Under the pieces are notes generated by a model. That model worked only from the letters and a program-made list of their open reading frames with translations, did no database searches and was not told the DNA's origin. A DNA stretch of 64,000 nucleotides from an uncultured Chlamydiae bacterium (GTDB lineage: Bacteria; Chlamydiota; Chlamydiia; Chlamydiales; JAJFMB01), in contig CAVOJR010000001.1 in the NCBI GenBank assembly GCA_963696295.1, positions 2,932,462 to 2,996,461 of the forward strand, written 5' to 3'. Shown here piece after piece: positions 24,633-32,811 of this stretch. Every line of letters starts with the position of its first letter. Positions within the stretch are counted from its first letter, which is position 1. Position numbers and translations under genes: made by a program.

Positions 24633-25586
24633 TCAAATTAAGTTTAATAGTAGTTCTCCATTATCTGTGGTTAAAGTTGTATTAAATTCTTTAGAAAGGA
24701 AGCTCATTCGTTCGAGTGTTTCCTGATTTGATGAAATATTGACTTGGCAATGAGTTATTAAAGTGGGTATGAGACGGAGGTTCAGCAGGCGGTCTTTATC
24801 GGCTTCGACTTGAAATAGAAAGGAGCGGTCATTGCGCAAAACGGGATCTACCATGTAATCGTCGATAAAATCGCCGGTGTCGTAAAGGATAAGCTTCTCT
24901 TTATAGACCTCCACCCCTTGAAAGATGTGGGCGCTGTGCCCATGGATGATATCCGCCCCCTGGTCGATCAGCTGTTTCGCAAAGTTTCTGAAGGGGGAGG
25001 TGGGGCGGAGGCGCATATTCGGCCCCCAGTGCAAAGTGATGATGACGAGGTCGGCTTTTTCTTTGAGATGGGCGATGGCGTCGCCGATGTTTTCTCCAAT
25101 GTCGATATAGTTCGTCCCCGGCCGGTTGGCTCCCGCTTTCCAGGTGGGCTCATTGTCGGTGAACCCCAACAGGCCAACCTTTATCCCCTTTTTTTCTAAT
25201 ATAATGGGGCTTTTGGCTTCAGTCAGATTTTTTCCGGCGCCGACATAGGGGATGTTGGCTTGCTTCAAGTAGTGCAAAGTGTCGAGCAGTCCGCTTTCGC
25301 TATAATCGAGGACGTGGTTGTTGGCTAAATTGACGGCGGAGATGAACCCCTCCTGCAAAACCTGGACGTTTTTCGGGTCGGTTTTGAAGTTAAAGACCTT
25401 CTCGACGATTTCGGTGCTGGTCGTGACAGCCGCTTCCAGGTTAATGAGGTTAAGGTCGTTTTGCTTTAGCCGGGGCAGCGTATTGCCCCAGACATAGCTT
25501 GGGGGCATTTTCTTGAGCAGATCGTTGACCAGCCGGCCGATCATCAGATCGCCCATCAGGCCTATGCGGATATTAGACATGAACAA
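24633..25586 (-). CDS. capA: CapA/PGA_cap-family metallophosphatase-like protein (poly-gamma-glutamate capsule synthesis family)
   Basis: IGLMGDLMIGR, NLANNHVLDY, YVGAGKNLTEA, ITLHWGPN and IIHGHSAHIFQG form the characteristic CapA motif series. Confidence 0.75.
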   Translation of the reverse strand: MFMSNIRIGLMGDLMIGRLVNDLLKKMPPSYVWGNTLPRLKQNDLNLINLEAAVTTSTEIVEKVFNFKTDPKNVQVLQEGFISAVNLANNHVLDYSESGLLDTLHYLKQANIPYVGAGKNLTEAKSPIILEKKGIKVGLLGFTDNEPTWKAGANRPGTNYIDIGENIGDAIAHLKEKADLVIITLHWGPNMRLRPTSPFRNFAKQLIDQGADIIHGHSAHIFQGVEVYKEKLILYDTGDFIDDYMVDPVLRNDRSFLFQVEADKDRLLNLRLIPTLITHCQVNISSNQETLERMSFLSKEFNTTLTTDNGELLLNLI

Positions 25587-26238
25587 ACCTCTCGGGGTGG
25601 CTGGCCAGCTGGTCGGCGAGGCGGGTCGCCTCAGGCAGCCGGTAGCGGGTCAGGCAGCTGCGGACGAGCGAGACGCTTCCTTCGATATCGATCAGATGGC
25701 CGGGTGAAATGTAAATAGGGCGCACCCCTTGGCGGCTGCGGAACGCGGTGCCGACTCTTCGCTCATTATAGATGAGGGGGCTTTCAGCAAAGCGGGTAGG
25801 CGGGAGGGGGGCGTGCTCGCCGCAAAGCAGAGTCTTGGCGCAGCCTACGGTCGGAATGCCCAAAATCAGGCCCAAATGGGAGGCGAGGCCGATCCCGCGT
25901 GGATGCGCGATCCCCTGCCCATCGCAGATAATGGCTTCGGGAATGGTTTTTAGCTTGGCAAAAGCATCGAGGAGAATGGGGATTTCTCTGAAAGAGAGCA
26001 GGCCGGGGATGTAGGGGAAAGAGCAGGGTCCCTCGGCTGTCACCGCTTCTACGACTTCCATCTCGGGAATTTTCATGACCACGATGGCGGCGTGGGCCCG
26101 TTTTTCTTTCTTGGAGTAGGAGGCGTCGGCGCCCGCCACGAGGGTGATCTCTTTTTCAAGAGGGGGAAAAGAGAGCTCACAGGCGAGTTTCCGCTGCAGG
26201 GCGACCGCCTCTTTGGGACTCAAATCAAAGCTGTGCAT
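25573..26238 (-). CDS. nfi: Endonuclease V
   Basis: VAGADASY, IPGLLSFREIPILL, ICDGQGIAHPRGIGLASHLG and PTVGCAK are hallmark Nfi motifs. Confidence 0.9.
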   Translation of the reverse strand: MHSFDLSPKEAVALQRKLACELSFPPLEKEITLVAGADASYSKKEKRAHAAIVVMKIPEMEVVEAVTAEGPCSFPYIPGLLSFREIPILLDAFAKLKTIPEAIICDGQGIAHPRGIGLASHLGLILGIPTVGCAKTLLCGEHAPLPPTRFAESPLIYNERRVGTAFRSRQGVRPIYISPGHLIDIEGSVSLVRSCLTRYRLPEATRLADQLASHPERFVHV

Positions 26239-27280
26239 GATACCTCATGCGCAAGGTGTTGTCGAACTCTTTTACATCCAGTAGTTTAAGGCGCGGGGCG
26301 CTCTGAATGTCGGGGACAGGAGCGTTTTGAAAAAGGGGTTTTCCGCTGTCTCCCAGGATGCAGGGGCCCATATAGAGCACCAGGCGGTTGATGAGGGAGG
26401 CTTTCAAGAGGCTGCCGAGCAGAATGGCTCCCCCTTCAACCATGACTTGCAAAACGCCCCGCTTACCCAAAGCGTTTAAAACGGCCTCCAAATCAAGGCC
26501 TTGCTCTGATTTTGCCACCTGGATCACTTCACAGGCCGGGCTGCCTGGCTGCGCGGCCGCAAAGAGCAGGGTCTTGCCGAGAGCCGGATCAAAGAGGGGC
26601 CCTTCATGGGGCAGATCGCCGCTGGTATTGAGCACAACTCTTAAAGGGGAAGCGGGGACATTGCCACGCACATTGAGGCGCGGCCGGTCGCGGCGGGCGG
26701 TGCCGGAGCCGATGAGGATGGCTTGCGACTCGGCGCGCAAAAGGTGCGCGTCTTGCCTGGCTGCTTCAGAGGTGATCCATTGGGAGGAGCTGTCGGCGGC
26801 GGCGGTCCTGCCATCCAGGCTGATAGCGGCTTTAGCGACTAAGAAGGGGCGCCCCGTTTGCCGGTGGAACAGGTAGGGTTCAAGCGATTTCCGCGCGAGC
26901 TCTCCGGCCACTCCCGGGGTGACTTTTATGCCGGCGGCTTTCAGCGCTTCAAACCCTTTGCCGGCAACTCTTGGATCGGGGTCTGGCACGGCAAAGACCA
27001 CATGGGCGATCTTTGCCTCGATCAAAGCGTTGACGCAAGGGGGCGTGCGGCCAAAGTGGCAGCAGGGCTCAAGCGTCGTATAGGCCGTGGCGCCGGCGGC
27101 TTCGGCGCCTGCCTGGCGGAGGGCCAGCGCCTCGGCGTGGGGCTCGCCGGCCCTTTGGTGATACCCTTCGCCGACGATGCGCCCCTCTTTGACAATCACG
27201 CACCCGACCCACGGATTTGGCGGCGCTGTGATGCGGCCGAGCTCGCCTAAGGCGATAGCGCGTTCCATGAAAGAGTTCAT
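26225..27280 (-). CDS. ribD: Bifunctional riboflavin biosynthesis protein RibD (deaminase/reductase)
   Basis: NPWVGCVIVKEGRIVGEGYHQRAGEPHAE...TLEPCCHFGRTPPC is the CMP/dCMP-type deaminase zinc site. It is followed by the RibD C-terminal reductase domain. Confidence 0.9.
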   Translation of the reverse strand: MNSFMERAIALGELGRITAPPNPWVGCVIVKEGRIVGEGYHQRAGEPHAEALALRQAGAEAAGATAYTTLEPCCHFGRTPPCVNALIEAKIAHVVFAVPDPDPRVAGKGFEALKAAGIKVTPGVAGELARKSLEPYLFHRQTGRPFLVAKAAISLDGRTAAADSSSQWITSEAARQDAHLLRAESQAILIGSGTARRDRPRLNVRGNVPASPLRVVLNTSGDLPHEGPLFDPALGKTLLFAAAQPGSPACEVIQVAKSEQGLDLEAVLNALGKRGVLQVMVEGGAILLGSLLKASLINRLVLYMGPCILGDSGKPLFQNAPVPDIQSAPRLKLLDVKEFDNTLRMRYHAQL

Positions 27281-29232
27281 TTCATTCCTCTGATTATTTC
27301 AGGGACAATGTCGGGATCCGCCAAGGTGGAGATATCCCCCAGGCGATCGAGCTGCTTGTTGACGATGCAGCGCAAAATGCGGCGCATGATCTTTCCTGAC
27401 CTTGTCTTGGGTAGCGCCGGGGTAAAGTGGATCGTTTCGGGCACGGCGATCGGGCCTATCTCTTTTCGGACATGCAGTTTTAACTCTTCAATCAGTTTGT
27501 CCGAAGGGGGAATCTGGTGGCGCAGGATGACGAAGGCGTAAAGCCCCTGCCCTTTGATCGGGTGGGGGCAGGGTACCACGGCCGCTTCGGAAACGGCGTG
27601 GTAGCTGACGAGCGCGCTCTCCACTTCAGCCACGCCGATCCGGTGGCCCGAGACGTTGACCACATCGTCGATCCGGCCAAGCAGCCAAAAATCGCCGTCG
27701 CGGTCTTGAACGGCGCTGTCTCCGGTGAAGTAGTGGTTGGGAAAATGGGTGAAGTAGGTTTCCATAAAGAGGTCGTGGCTGCCCCACATGGTGCGGGCAA
27801 GCCCCGGCCATGGATTTTTGATGCAGAGGCTGCCGCCAGACTCGATGGGGCACTCGCTTCCATCCTCATTTAAGATCACCGGCTCGACGCCGAAGAAGGG
27901 TTTGGTCGCGCTGCCCGGCTTCAGCGGGTGGGAGCCTGGAAGCGGAGCGATCATGATGCCGCCTGTCTCGGTCTGCCACCAGGTGTCGACGATGGGGCAG
28001 TTGCCATGTCCCACTTTTTCGTAGTACCAGATCCACGATTCGGGGTTGATCGGCTCGCCGACGGTCCCTAAAACGCGGAGCGACTTCAGGCTGTGTTTCT
28101 CGACAAATTCATCCCCATGGGCGATGAGGGCGCGTATGGCGGTTGGAGCGGTGTAAAACACAGAGACTTTGTACTTGTCGACAATACGCCAAAACCGGCC
28201 GGGATCGGGGTAGGTCGGGGTGCCTTCGAACATCACGACCGTCGAGCCGTTTGCCAAAGGGCCGTAGACGATGTAGCTGTGGCCAGTCACCCAGCCGATA
28301 TCTGCCGTGCACCAGTAGATGTCCTTCTCGTGGATGTCGAAAACATATTTGTGGGAGAGGGCGGCGTGGATCAGATAGCCCGCTTGCGTATGGACCATCC
28401 CTTTTGGTTTGGCGGTGGAGCCGGAGGTATAGAGGATAAAGAGGGGGTCTTCGGCGTTTAAAACTTCGGGAGGGCAGTCGAAGGAGACGCCGGCGCTCGC
28501 CTCATGGTACCAAAGATCCCTCCCTTTATGCACTTCGCAGGGGGCGTCCGATGTTTGAATCAGCAAGACCTTTTCAATGGATGGCGTGTGTGCGAGCGCC
28601 TCGTCTGCGATCCTTTTGAAGTGGATCGGTTTGCCGCCGCGCGAAGAGACGCTTGCCGTGATCAGGAGGCTGCAGCTCGAGTCGTTGATCCGGTGGGCGA
28701 GCGATTCGGCGCTGAAGCCCCCGAAGACGACCGAGTGGATGGCCCCGATGCGGGCGCAGGCCAGCATGGCGATCGCAAGCTCCGGGATCATGGGCAGGTA
28801 GAGGCAGACGCGATCTCCTTTGACAACCCCGAGGCTTTTCAGCACATTGGCAAAGCGGCACACTTCCCTATGCAGCTCCCGGTATGTTAATGTCTGCTGC
28901 TTCCCCTCTTCATCCCCTTCCCACAAAATGGCGATCTTCTCTTTATCCAGGTGGCGGTCGAGGCAGTTGACGGTGAGGTTGAGCTCTCCGTCCTCAAACC
29001 AGGTGTGTTTGACATTGGGGAGGCTCCAGTCGAAGCGGCGGGCTTTTGTCGGCTTCTTAAACCAGGCGAATTGATTCGCCGCTTTCAGCCAAAATTTTTC
29101 GCTGTTCTCCACCGACTCCCTATACATTTTGTAGTAGGCGTCCAAATTCTTGATATGGGCATGGGAGGAGATTTTTTCTGGGGGGAAAAAAACGCGCTTT
29201 TCATGCAGCAGGCGGTCGACGGCTTGGCTCAT
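27277..29232 (-). CDS. acs: Acetyl-CoA synthetase (AMP-forming)
   Basis: LFILYTSGSTAKPKGMVHTQAGYL, WCTADIGWVTGHSY, YFTGDSAVQDRDGDFWLLGRIDDVVNVSGHRIG and LPKTRSGKIMRRILR. The many overlapping ORFs in both strands are GC-rich shadows. Confidence 0.95.
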   Translation of the reverse strand: MSQAVDRLLHEKRVFFPPEKISSHAHIKNLDAYYKMYRESVENSEKFWLKAANQFAWFKKPTKARRFDWSLPNVKHTWFEDGELNLTVNCLDRHLDKEKIAILWEGDEEGKQQTLTYRELHREVCRFANVLKSLGVVKGDRVCLYLPMIPELAIAMLACARIGAIHSVVFGGFSAESLAHRINDSSCSLLITASVSSRGGKPIHFKRIADEALAHTPSIEKVLLIQTSDAPCEVHKGRDLWYHEASAGVSFDCPPEVLNAEDPLFILYTSGSTAKPKGMVHTQAGYLIHAALSHKYVFDIHEKDIYWCTADIGWVTGHSYIVYGPLANGSTVVMFEGTPTYPDPGRFWRIVDKYKVSVFYTAPTAIRALIAHGDEFVEKHSLKSLRVLGTVGEPINPESWIWYYEKVGHGNCPIVDTWWQTETGGIMIAPLPGSHPLKPGSATKPFFGVEPVILNEDGSECPIESGGSLCIKNPWPGLARTMWGSHDLFMETYFTHFPNHYFTGDSAVQDRDGDFWLLGRIDDVVNVSGHRIGVAEVESALVSYHAVSEAAVVPCPHPIKGQGLYAFVILRHQIPPSDKLIEELKLHVRKEIGPIAVPETIHFTPALPKTRSGKIMRRILRCIVNKQLDRLGDISTLADPDIVPEIIRGMK

Positions 29233-29376
29233 AGTCAGCTTCCCGGTAAAATCTAGCTACTATACTCTTTTTGGAAAGCCACTTCAATACAATCTTTGGT
29301 CTGTAATAAATCCTTGAAATTTAATAAGCGTTATGTTACAGTTTGACTTATTCTTTACGGGAAAAACATAATAAGT

Positions 29377-30237
29377 ATGAATAATCTTAAAAAATTCCTC
29401 TTTTTATCAATTCTGTTCTTTAGCGCATCAGGCTTTGCCGCCCCCTTTACCCGGGCCGAACTTATAGAGCAGGAATATGGGGGGGAAATGGTGACATTTT
29501 CCGAAATGCAGGCGTTTATCAAGCAGAAAGCGGAATGCCGCATTATGGATGACGGACGGCCGGCCGCATTTGTGTCTGGCGGCGAGTTGTTTATTACAAG
29601 AGGCATGCTCTATCAGTTAAACAACGAATCGGAATTAGACGCTCTATTGAAGAGTGCAGCGGTTAAGGAAGATTGCGAGATCTCTTTTCAGCCGGTGGAA
29701 AATGGCGCGAGCAGCTCCGATTTTAAGGCCGTCTTTGCCCCTTTTATGGAAGGTAAAGAGGCATATCTTTCCCTAGCGAGAGGCTTTAAAGCTTGTGAGC
29801 TTGGGAATTATGAAGAGGCGCTGTGCCTCGGAGAAAGAGTCTTGGCTGCCTTGCCTGAAGAGCCCCATCACTTGCGTCTCCTGGCAACCGCCAGCGCCGG
29901 CGTCGGTAATTCCCCGGGGGCTTTGATCGAGCTGAAAAAGGCGCTTCGTTTAAACTCGAATTATTACGGCTATTACCTCCAAAGAGGGATGCTTTTCTAC
30001 AAGTCGGGTCTCGCAGAGGCCGCAAAAATCGACTTGCTGGAGTGCTTGGCCTGCTATCCTTCTGAATTAGCCTATCTTTATCTTGGAAAAATTGCCTTAT
30101 TAGAGGGGCATAACGAGGAAGCGATGCGTTATTTTGATCTGTCTCCCAATCAACCGGAAACGGCAAACTATCGCGTTATGGCTAAGGTGATGGCTTCGTT
30201 AAGCGATCGCGTTGAGCAAATCTCTAATTCCGCTTAA
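29377..30237 (+). CDS. Signal-peptide protein with C-terminal TPR-like repeats
   Basis: Signal peptide MNNLKKFLFLSILFFSASGFAAP. TPR-like helices include NYEEALCLGERVLAALPEE, ALRLNSNYYGYYLQRGMLFYKSGLAEAA and LYLGKIALLEGHNEEAMRYFD. Confidence 0.6.
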   Translation: MNNLKKFLFLSILFFSASGFAAPFTRAELIEQEYGGEMVTFSEMQAFIKQKAECRIMDDGRPAAFVSGGELFITRGMLYQLNNESELDALLKSAAVKEDCEISFQPVENGASSSDFKAVFAPFMEGKEAYLSLARGFKACELGNYEEALCLGERVLAALPEEPHHLRLLATASAGVGNSPGALIELKKALRLNSNYYGYYLQRGMLFYKSGLAEAAKIDLLECLACYPSELAYLYLGKIALLEGHNEEAMRYFDLSPNQPETANYRVMAKVMASLSDRVEQISNSA

Positions 30238-30285
30238 GCTAATAATTTCTTAATAAAAGGTTAATAGCGGCTGGTAATTATACCC

Positions 30286-30563
30286 ATGAATATCATATTA
30301 AATTATTTTCAACCTAACTGTACTTTGCGCTCAGAAAGAGATGATTTATTCAGGAAGATCAACTTCATTCATGGCTCCAACAGCTCCCTTTTGCCCGCCT
30401 TAAGTGGGACTTGTTAAACAAAGGGATCGCACCGATGGGGGGAGAAATAAACATGGGAGGGATGCATACCGACGGCGTCAACCAGCACTCAATCTCTGGC
30501 GGAACCTTAGATGATATTGAAAAGTGTTGGAAAGAAATAGCTCCCATAGCTGCGGCTTCATAA
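30286..30563 (+). pseudogene. Possible gene remnant: two short co-linear reading frames separated by a frameshift
   Basis: Frame A (30286-30417) reads MNIILNYFQPNCTLRSERDDLFRKINFIHGSNSSLLPALSGTC*. Frame B continues ...LKWDLLNKGIAPMGGEINMGGMHTDGVNQHSISGGTLDDIEKCWKEIAPIAAAS* and ends at 30563. I recognised no family. Confidence 0.25.
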
Positions 30564-30584
30564 CCCGGTTCACTGAATCTTTTT

Positions 30585-31454
30585 TTAATCATTTTTAACC
30601 GGTTCGTGCCTGGTCCAAGAAATATCGCATTGAAGATCCGAAACGGTGCCATCAGCATATATCTCCATTTTATCTATTGTCCTTGCATCGCCTACTTCAA
30701 GGTTAGTCTCAATATCCCTTAAAGTATAATTAGTTGTAGACTGGATTATGACTTTATCAATTTCAACTATAACTTTAAATCCCCCTTCAAGTTTTTGTAT
30801 CATGTCAGTCAATGCACCAGTTTTAGTAATCAATTGTGTGCATGAGTCGACGGACATTCTTTGGGTCAAAAGATGCGTGACTTTATCAATTTCAACTTTA
30901 CTCAAACCCGCTTCCATCATTTTACTGATTACATCTTTTATCAATGCTTGCGGATCAGAATTCTTCGCCTCTATGAGTGTGTCATTAACATAAAAAGTTC
31001 TATTAGCATCAGCGGCGAATTGAACAGGAACATGGTAGGTCTCGAAATTAACCACTACATCCAGGTTTGGTTTCTCAGCAAAATAGCTTTCCTCCGTCTT
31101 TGCATATGTGTCTACATTAAAAGAATGTTCAAATTCATTTTTAACCACTTCTTTCGACCCAAACAAAGCTGCCAAACTCTTTAAAATGGAAAATATTGTA
31201 AAATTAATTTTTATGTCTTCATGGCTTTCTTTAGCCTTTACAACTAAAGATTTGACGTCGATTGTTGTCTTGGCATTAATATTCGAAAATATTTTACGTC
31301 CTTCCATATTCACTTTTTGATCTATTTGTGAGAGAGAAATCAATCCAAACTTCAACGAATATTTATAATATTTTTGCAATTCAGCCCTGTACTCACTTTT
31401 GAATGCCTGAGCCGCTGAAAGAGGAGCGTTAGCCTCCATTACGTTAGCCTCCAT
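30585..31454 (-). CDS. Hypothetical protein (289 aa), AT-rich orphan
   Basis: Long ORF in an AT-rich islet. The N-terminus MEANVMEANA arises from a perfect 15-bp tandem duplication that includes the start codon. No recognisable motifs. Confidence 0.55.
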   Translation of the reverse strand: MEANVMEANAPLSAAQAFKSEYRAELQKYYKYSLKFGLISLSQIDQKVNMEGRKIFSNINAKTTIDVKSLVVKAKESHEDIKINFTIFSILKSLAALFGSKEVVKNEFEHSFNVDTYAKTEESYFAEKPNLDVVVNFETYHVPVQFAADANRTFYVNDTLIEAKNSDPQALIKDVISKMMEAGLSKVEIDKVTHLLTQRMSVDSCTQLITKTGALTDMIQKLEGGFKVIVEIDKVIIQSTTNYTLRDIETNLEVGDARTIDKMEIYADGTVSDLQCDISWTRHEPVKND

Positions 31455-31575
31455 TATCCATCCCCACTTAGATCTACTTCATATTATAACATATTGTTAT
31501 TTTAATGAAATTTTGCTTTTTAATTGATTATTAATTATTTTTCGCATAATGCTTTCTTGATATGAGGATTTTGGA

Positions 31576-31959
31576 ATGAATAATATTACTTATCGAGGTT
31601 CGGCAGACTGGATGGAAAAAAGTTTCATTTTGACCCCGATTGCCGGTGCTCTTAACTTTGGAGAGGGAGTGATTGGCTGCTTTGGCTCAATTTACGCCGA
31701 AGACAGGCAGGTAAAATTTAAGGCATCGATATATCAAATGGGGCGGGGCATTTGTGGAATGGTGCCTGTAATTGGCTGGTTGTTCCTTAAATGTTTGGGT
31801 TTGCTGGGAGACTCTAAAAGAGCAGAAATACAAAACTTCTCATCTGCCAATTTGAGTTTATTTAAAGATATGAGCTCAAAGAGTTTCAGTTATGGCACTG
31901 ACCTGAATTATCCATTTGATCTTCCAAATTTTCAAGGGATTCCTGATTACAATGCTTAG
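31576..31959 (+). CDS. Hypothetical small membrane protein (two hydrophobic segments)
   Basis: Hydrophobic segments FILTPIAGALNFGEGVIGCFGSIYA and GICGMVPVIGWLFLKCLGLLG. AGGATTTTGGA lies upstream of the ATG. Confidence 0.5.
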   Translation: MNNITYRGSADWMEKSFILTPIAGALNFGEGVIGCFGSIYAEDRQVKFKASIYQMGRGICGMVPVIGWLFLKCLGLLGDSKRAEIQNFSSANLSLFKDMSSKSFSYGTDLNYPFDLPNFQGIPDYNA

Positions 31960-31961
31960 AA

Positions 31962-32333
31962 TTGATGGAAATTCAAGACCATCTTCTCACATGGTATAAA
32001 TTTGATTTTAATCATGCTGATTGGCACGGCTATTTATCTTTTCAACGCATTGTTTGGCAAGATCCCAAGGTGCTGAAATTTTTAAAGAAGCCCGGAGCGA
32101 CAACCCTTCTGTTGAGCGCGCATAAATCTCAGGCTTTAAAGACATTGGAACAATCGCATGCCACCGTGGCGGGGCTGCTTTTTGGTGGATTCTCAGGCAT
32201 GTTGCCTTTATTTCTTTTCACGGTGCGTCCAAATTTCCATATGATGCTCCCAGGATTAACTGTGCGGTATGTAGATTCTCTTGGAAGTTTTACTGCTTCT
32301 TCCTCTTGCAAAAGAGGCTTTTTTACAATTTGA
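31962..32333 (+). CDS. Hypothetical protein; possibly the 5' part of a frameshifted gene
   Basis: 123-aa ORF whose end overlaps the next ORF (32281-32811) in a different frame. The next ORF lacks a convincing ATG or SD. Confidence 0.4.
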   Translation: MMEIQDHLLTWYKFDFNHADWHGYLSFQRIVWQDPKVLKFLKKPGATTLLLSAHKSQALKTLEQSHATVAGLLFGGFSGMLPLFLFTVRPNFHMMLPGLTVRYVDSLGSFTASSSCKRGFFTI

Positions 32334-32811
32334 CAAGGAGCTCCGCCAGCACTATTCCATTCAGCAAAGCAGTGATGGGCAAATGATGTCCTCCATTGAA
32401 AATGCCACAGTAGAAGCTTTAATGAACGCGTTTCATAAGATCTCTCAGCAGGAGGGTAATCTGAAAAAGATAGTATTTGGAAAGGCTCCGAGTACGAAAG
32501 TTTACCAAATGCAAGAACAGTGCGAGATGGTCATGAAACTGCATATTAAGAGTGCAGGGGGTTATGCGAATGTCTTGTGTTTCGCGCTTGTATCCCATGC
32601 CCTGGACGCAAGGCACCTTGCGGCTGCTTTAGCCGGAATGGATCGACTTCCAAATTTCAAGGCTTTTTTCCAAGGTTGTCTTGAGGATGAACAGGCGCGC
32701 GAGTTGATAAAAATACGGCTACAGCAAGTGGTTTATCTCATTTTAATGTTAAAAAATGAACTGAAAATTTCAGATCACGATCTTTCTGCCTATTTAAAGT
32801 CGCAAATATAA
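32281..32811 (+). CDS. Hypothetical protein; possibly the 3' part of a frameshifted gene
   Basis: 176-aa ORF starting at TTG. Its frame opens only at 32275. The helical sequence has no recognised motifs. Confidence 0.4.
   Translation: MEVLLLLPLAKEAFLQFDKELRQHYSIQQSSDGQMMSSIENATVEALMNAFHKISQQEGNLKKIVFGKAPSTKVYQMQEQCEMVMKLHIKSAGGYANVLCFALVSHALDARHLAAALAGMDRLPNFKAFFQGCLEDEQARELIKIRLQQVVYLILMLKNELKISDHDLSAYLKSQI

Noticed and set aside
27308-29256. Many overlapping ORFs on both strands within the acs gene region. Similar clusters occur within ribD, nfi, tdh, trxB and the ABC exporter.
   Set aside because: These are GC-rich shadow ORFs. In each case a single long frame carries unambiguous family motifs.
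30365-30658. A 97-aa minus-strand ORF.
   Set aside because: It overlaps the 3' end of the 30585-31454 gene and the broken plus-strand frame, has no SD and an unconvincing composition. It is probably spurious.
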